The notes under the pieces: generated by a model
What the model saw: the letters and a program-made list of their open reading frames with translations, nothing else
Told to the model about the DNA's origin: nothing
The model's database searches: none
Program-made: the position numbers and the translations under genes
Assembly (NCBI GenBank): GCA_017887325.1
Contig: JAGHIE010000005.1
Location: 29,076-93,075 of the forward strand
Origin: Oscillospiraceae bacterium
Lineage (GTDB): Bacteria; Bacillota; Clostridia; Oscillospirales; Ruminococcaceae
Direction: 5' to 3'
DNA: 64,000 nt
Shown: positions 59,918-64,000 of the stretch, in pieces
How the letters are laid out: the number at the start of each line of letters is the position of its first letter
Position numbering within the stretch: the first letter of the stretch is position 1

Positions 59918-60619
59918 ATGATTTTAAAATTAGAAAATATTAATAAATCATTTGGGGAAAAACAAATTTTTAACAACGCTAATTTTACTTTTGAAAAAGG
60001 GAAAATTTATGGGTTATTAGGACGAAATGGAGCTGGTAAAACAACTTTGTTCAACTGCATTTCTGGGGATTTAAAATTAGATAGTGGTAATATATACCTA
60101 AACGAAAATATTGAAGATACACCAATATCAACAGACAATATCGGAATGGTTTACTCAACTCCAATATTACCGGACTTTTTGACAGGCTATGAATTTATAA
60201 AATTCTACATCGATATAAATAAAGATAAAGTAGATAATCTAAAAACTATTGATGAATATTTTGAAATAGTAAAACTTGAAAAAGAAGATAGACATAAATT
60301 AATAAAAAGTTATTCTCATGGTATGAAGAATAAACTACAAATGCTATGTTTTATCATCTCAAAGCCACCTGTAATTTTACTAGACGAACCACTAACCTCA
60401 TTTGATGTCGTTGTGGCTTTAGAGATGAAAAAATTATTAAAAGAATTAAAACATGACCACATCATAATATTTTCTACTCATATACTACAACTTGCAACAG
60501 ACCTATGCGACGAAGTTGTAATCTTACATCAACATATTTTAAGCGAAACAAATCAAGAACTTCTACACTCTCCAGAATTCGAAGCTAAACTTATTGATAT
60601 ACTTAAAGATGAAGAATAA
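59918..60619 (+). CDS. ABC transporter ATP-binding protein
   Basis: GRNGAGKT, YSHGMKNK variant signature, LLDEP, STH. Start moved to ATG 59918. Confidence 0.9.
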   Translation: MILKLENINKSFGEKQIFNNANFTFEKGKIYGLLGRNGAGKTTLFNCISGDLKLDSGNIYLNENIEDTPISTDNIGMVYSTPILPDFLTGYEFIKFYIDINKDKVDNLKTIDEYFEIVKLEKEDRHKLIKSYSHGMKNKLQMLCFIISKPPVILLDEPLTSFDVVVALEMKKLLKELKHDHIIIFSTHILQLATDLCDEVVILHQHILSETNQELLHSPEFEAKLIDILKDEE

Positions 60620-60625
60620 TGGAGG

Positions 60626-62281
60626 TTGAGTGTTATGTTTAACAATATAAAAACGATATCCTATGTATCAGGAACTACTAAAACGAACACCTTTTTCTAT
60701 TTTTTAAAGAAATTACCTATATTTAAAAAATTAGTTTCAGATGAAATATACAGTTTTTTAGATATAAAAGCTTTTGTAAGTATCGTTATGGTTGTATGTT
60801 CTACACTATTTAACATATTTATTAAATTTGCCTATGTGTTTATTTTTGGTATTGGTATTGCTCTGACAGCCAAAAATTATAAAAGTATAGACAGCACTTT
60901 ATTTATCTTTTCACTTACTGTATTCAGTATATTGGGTGGTCTTTTAAAAGGGAGTGCAATCTGTGACCCAAGTGATGAAAAATACACTTGTATAAAACTT
61001 CTTAAAATGCCTGCAAAAGATTACTGTATATCAAAATTTATTCTTTCTTTATTTAACAATACAATTTCATTTATACCTGCTGTTATTGTATTGGGATTAA
61101 TCGTAAAATTGTCTATATTACAATCTTTGCTTTTATCAGTTAATATAGTATGTGCACATGTAATTTCTGAAGTTATACATATGTATCTAAACAAAAAATT
61201 CAATACTATTTTAGGTTCTAATGTTCCTTATAGCTTTTTCTATATAATATTTATTCCTGCAGTATTTTTAAGTATATTATTACTTGATAGATACTATACT
61301 CATCTTAATATAATACCTACTATATCAGATATATCTACTAGTATTCCATTTACACTAATAATGATATGTTTATCTGACCTTTGTTTTATTTATATTAAAA
61401 AATATAATAATTACTATGACTTAATCAAAAAATCATTACAACAAGATGAGATAAAAAAAGTTTCAATTAGACAAAATATGCAAGGTAGTAACAATACCTT
61501 TAAAGATGTTAAATTAAAAGATGATAAAGATTTAGTTATTAAAGGTAAAAATTTTGATAAATATACAGGTTATCAATACTTAAATGAAATCTTCTTTGCT
61601 AGACATAAAAGATTATTGATTAAACCAGTTTACAATGCAATCGGTGTTATTTTCGGGGTAACTTTAGTTACGCTAATATCATATTTCTTAGTACCTACAA
61701 CAACTCCATACATACATGATATTATGGCTGAATTCTTAAACCTATTCTCCTTGTTTCCATTTTTAATATATTTTGTAACTTTATTTAGTAGCGAAAGAGC
61801 TTGTAGGGCTATGTTTTTTAACTGTGATATAAGCTTATTAAGTTATTCTTATTATCGTAAACCTAAAGTTGTATTAGAAACATTCAAAATAAGATTAATA
61901 AAAATATTTAAAACCAATTTATTGCTATGTTTAAGCATATGTTTATGTTATTTAATATTAATGATTGCAACTAAAAATGTAATTAATATATATGATACTG
62001 GATTATTTTTTATAAGCATAATATCACTTGGTGCATTTTTCTCAATATATCATTTATTTGCTTATTATATATTCCAACCTTTTTCAACAGAATTGAATGT
62101 TAAAAATCCATTTTACAGTATACTTAATGTTGTTATTTACTTAATATGCTATGTTTCAATGCAATTAAGATTACCACTTTTAGGGTTTGCTATTGCTGTA
62201 ATATCTATATCAATTATATTCTGTATCGTAGCATTAATATTAGTTTATAAACTAGCTCCAAAAACATTTAGAATAAAATAA
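60626..62281 (+). CDS. Large multi-TM membrane protein, probable ABC permease
   Basis: Two bundles of about 6 TM segments; directly follows the ATPase. Exact start uncertain. Confidence 0.8.
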   Translation: MSVMFNNIKTISYVSGTTKTNTFFYFLKKLPIFKKLVSDEIYSFLDIKAFVSIVMVVCSTLFNIFIKFAYVFIFGIGIALTAKNYKSIDSTLFIFSLTVFSILGGLLKGSAICDPSDEKYTCIKLLKMPAKDYCISKFILSLFNNTISFIPAVIVLGLIVKLSILQSLLLSVNIVCAHVISEVIHMYLNKKFNTILGSNVPYSFFYIIFIPAVFLSILLLDRYYTHLNIIPTISDISTSIPFTLIMICLSDLCFIYIKKYNNYYDLIKKSLQQDEIKKVSIRQNMQGSNNTFKDVKLKDDKDLVIKGKNFDKYTGYQYLNEIFFARHKRLLIKPVYNAIGVIFGVTLVTLISYFLVPTTTPYIHDIMAEFLNLFSLFPFLIYFVTLFSSERACRAMFFNCDISLLSYSYYRKPKVVLETFKIRLIKIFKTNLLLCLSICLCYLILMIATKNVINIYDTGLFFISIISLGAFFSIYHLFAYYIFQPFSTELNVKNPFYSILNVVIYLICYVSMQLRLPLLGFAIAVISISIIFCIVALILVYKLAPKTFRIK

Positions 62282-62284
62282 ACA

Positions 62285-62317
62285 AAAAAGACAACTTGAT
62301 TTTCAAGTTGTCTTTTT
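62285..62317. terminator. Bidirectional terminator
   Basis: AAAAAGACAACTTGA/TCAAGTTGTCTTTTT between convergent genes. Confidence 0.8.
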
Positions 62318-62336
62318 ATTTTAAATATGTTTTATA

Positions 62337-64000
62337 TTAACCTTTTTTTCTAGCTTTAGCACGAAGTGTATTATCCAAAATAGCTTTTCTAATACGGATA
62401 CTTTCTGGTGTAACTTCTACTAATTCATCATCACTAATAAATTCTAAAGCTTGTTCCAAACTCATAGTTTTTGGTGGAACTAATCTTAACGCATCATCAG
62501 AACCTGAAGCACGAGTATTTGTAAGTTGTTTTCTCTTACAAACATTTACAACTAAGTCTTCTGCTTTTGGAGATTGACCAATAACCATACCTTCATAAAC
62601 AGGAACACCAGCACCAATAAATAGTGTACCTCTTTCTTGAGCGTTATATAATCCATAAGTAATTGATTCACCTGTTTCATAAGAAATTAATGAACCTGTA
62701 TTTCTCTTAGCAATTTCACCTTTATATGGTTGATAACATTCAAAAACAGAACTCATGATACCTTCACCTTTAGTATCTGTTAAGAATTCGTTTTTATAAC
62801 CGAATAAACCACGAGATGGTACTAAAAATTCAATTCTCATACGGTTACCTTGTGGTTGCATATGTTGTAATTCACCTTTACGGTTACCCATTTTTTCCAT
62901 TACAGAACCCATATATTCTTCTGGAACATCAACAACAAGTCTTTCAATAGGTTCACATTTTTTGCCATCTATTTCTTGGAATAAAACTCTAGGTGTACTT
63001 ACTTGTAACTCATAACCTTCACGACGCATATTTTCAATTAAGATAGATAAGTGCATTTCGCCACGACCTGCTACTAAGAAGCTGTCTGTATTATCTGCTT
63101 CTGTAACTCTTAAAGAAACGTCTTTTAATAATTCTTTTTCTAGTCTTTCTCTGATTTGTCTTGTAGTTACAAATTTACCTTCTTTACCAGCGAAAGGAGA
63201 GTTATTAACTGAGAATGTCATTTCAATTGTTGGTTTTGAAATAGCAGAGAACTCAATAGGTTCAACTGTATTTGGGTCACATAATGTATCACCAATAGTT
63301 AAATCAGCGATACCAGAAATACAAACAATATCACCAACTGTAGCTGTTTCGCAAGGTGTTCTCTTTAAGTTTTCAATTTGGTATAAATTTACAACTCTAC
63401 CTTTGTATTGTCTATCTGGATTATGATAGTCACATACTACAACTTCTTGGTTTTGTTTTAATGTACCTCTTTCAACCCTACCAATAGCAATTCTACCAAC
63501 ATATTCATTGTAGTCTATTGAAGAAACTAACATTTGGAATGGTTCTTCTGGTTCACCTTGTGGTGCCGGAATATGTTCTAAAATAGCATCAAATAAAGGA
63601 ACTAAATCAGTACCTGTTTGAGTATAATCAAGTGTAGCTGTACCTTCTCTACCAGAACAGAATACAACAGGGCTATCTAATTGTTCATCTGTTGCATTTA
63701 AATCCATTAATAGTTCTAATACTTCATCTTCAATTTCATCTAAGCGAGCATCTGGTCTGTCCATTTTGTTTACAACAACAATTATTTTATGTCCTAATTC
63801 TAATGCTTTTTGTAAAACGAATCTAGTTTGAGGCATAGTACCTTCAAAGCTATCTACTAGTAATAAAACCCCATCAACCATTTTCAATACACGCTCAACT
63901 TCACCAGCAAAGTCAGCATGTCCTGGAGTGTCAATAATATTTATTTTTACACCTTTATAGTTTGCAGATGTATTTTTAGCAAGTATAGTGATACCTCTTT
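62337..64000 (-). CDS. typA: Translational GTPase TypA/BipA, 5' end outside the window
   Basis: Reading continues past the track start to the window edge: [51 protein letters not shown]. Confidence 0.97.
   Translation of the reverse strand, partial: RGITILAKNTSANYKGVKINIIDTPGHADFAGEVERVLKMVDGVLLLVDSFEGTMPQTRFVLQKALELGHKIIVVVNKMDRPDARLDEIEDEVLELLMDLNATDEQLDSPVVFCSGREGTATLDYTQTGTDLVPLFDAILEHIPAPQGEPEEPFQMLVSSIDYNEYVGRIAIGRVERGTLKQNQEVVVCDYHNPDRQYKGRVVNLYQIENLKRTPCETATVGDIVCISGIADLTIGDTLCDPNTVEPIEFSAISKPTIEMTFSVNNSPFAGKEGKFVTTRQIRERLEKELLKDVSLRVTEADNTDSFLVAGRGEMHLSILIENMRREGYELQVSTPRVLFQEIDGKKCEPIERLVVDVPEEYMGSVMEKMGNRKGELQHMQPQGNRMRIEFLVPSRGLFGYKNEFLTDTKGEGIMSSVFECYQPYKGEIAKRNTGSLISYETGESITYGLYNAQERGTLFIGAGVPVYEGMVIGQSPKAEDLVVNVCKRKQLTNTRASGSDDALRLVPPKTMSLEQALEFISDDELVEVTPESIRIRKAILDNTLRAKARKKG

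Noticed and set aside
2798-63887. Many short antisense ORFs in the track (e.g. 2798-3106, 3323-3685, 10141-10464, 16548-16973, 34200-34607, 57037-57438)
   Set aside because: They lie wholly opposite well-supported genes, lack RBS, and have the S/F/I-rich composition of shadow frames.
1-64000. Prophage, IS, integron, rRNA or tRNA
   Set aside because: No integrase, transposase or structural phage ORF, no terminal inverted repeats with target duplication, and no cloverleaf or rRNA signature was found by eye.

Overview
Very AT-rich chromosomal window from a Clostridia-class Firmicute. The gene set resembles Oscillospiraceae/Ruminococcaceae; that assignment is inferred from gene content only. It is mostly housekeeping: end of a PyrR-attenuated pyr operon, ilvD, SulP, PnuC, lysS-greA, the msmX-cdaR-ftsE-ftsX-envC-S41 cluster, two uncharacterised radical-SAM gene pairs, rlmB, ogg, prfC, rarA, glyQS, prmA, hemB-hemL, a MATE pump, a 6S RNA, a DUF134/Mrp unit, a full glycogen operon (glgBCDAP plus GH13), and the 3' part of typA. 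I saw no transposase, integrase, phage gene, rRNA, tRNA or CRISPR array. The outstanding anomaly is 41761-43894, about 2.1 kb with no ORF in the track. It has a near-consensus extended sigma-A promoter firing leftward and a Shine-Dalgarno followed by ATG-TAA. It also holds a 543-544 bp tandem duplication and about a dozen small hairpins sharing an AUAAAG loop. Their stems show compensatory changes and G-U pairs that work only on the minus strand. This looks like an unannotated long, multi-hairpin non-coding RNA, possibly a protein sponge. Other leads are an oriented DnaA-box-like array at 25.4-25.5 kb, a LexA box in the promoter of the TIGR03916/TIGR03915-like pair, a candidate RNA switch before pnuC, a degenerate P-type-ATPase-like protein, and a candidate operator shared by cdaR, msmX and glgB. 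All family assignments come from reading motifs by eye; no database search was run.
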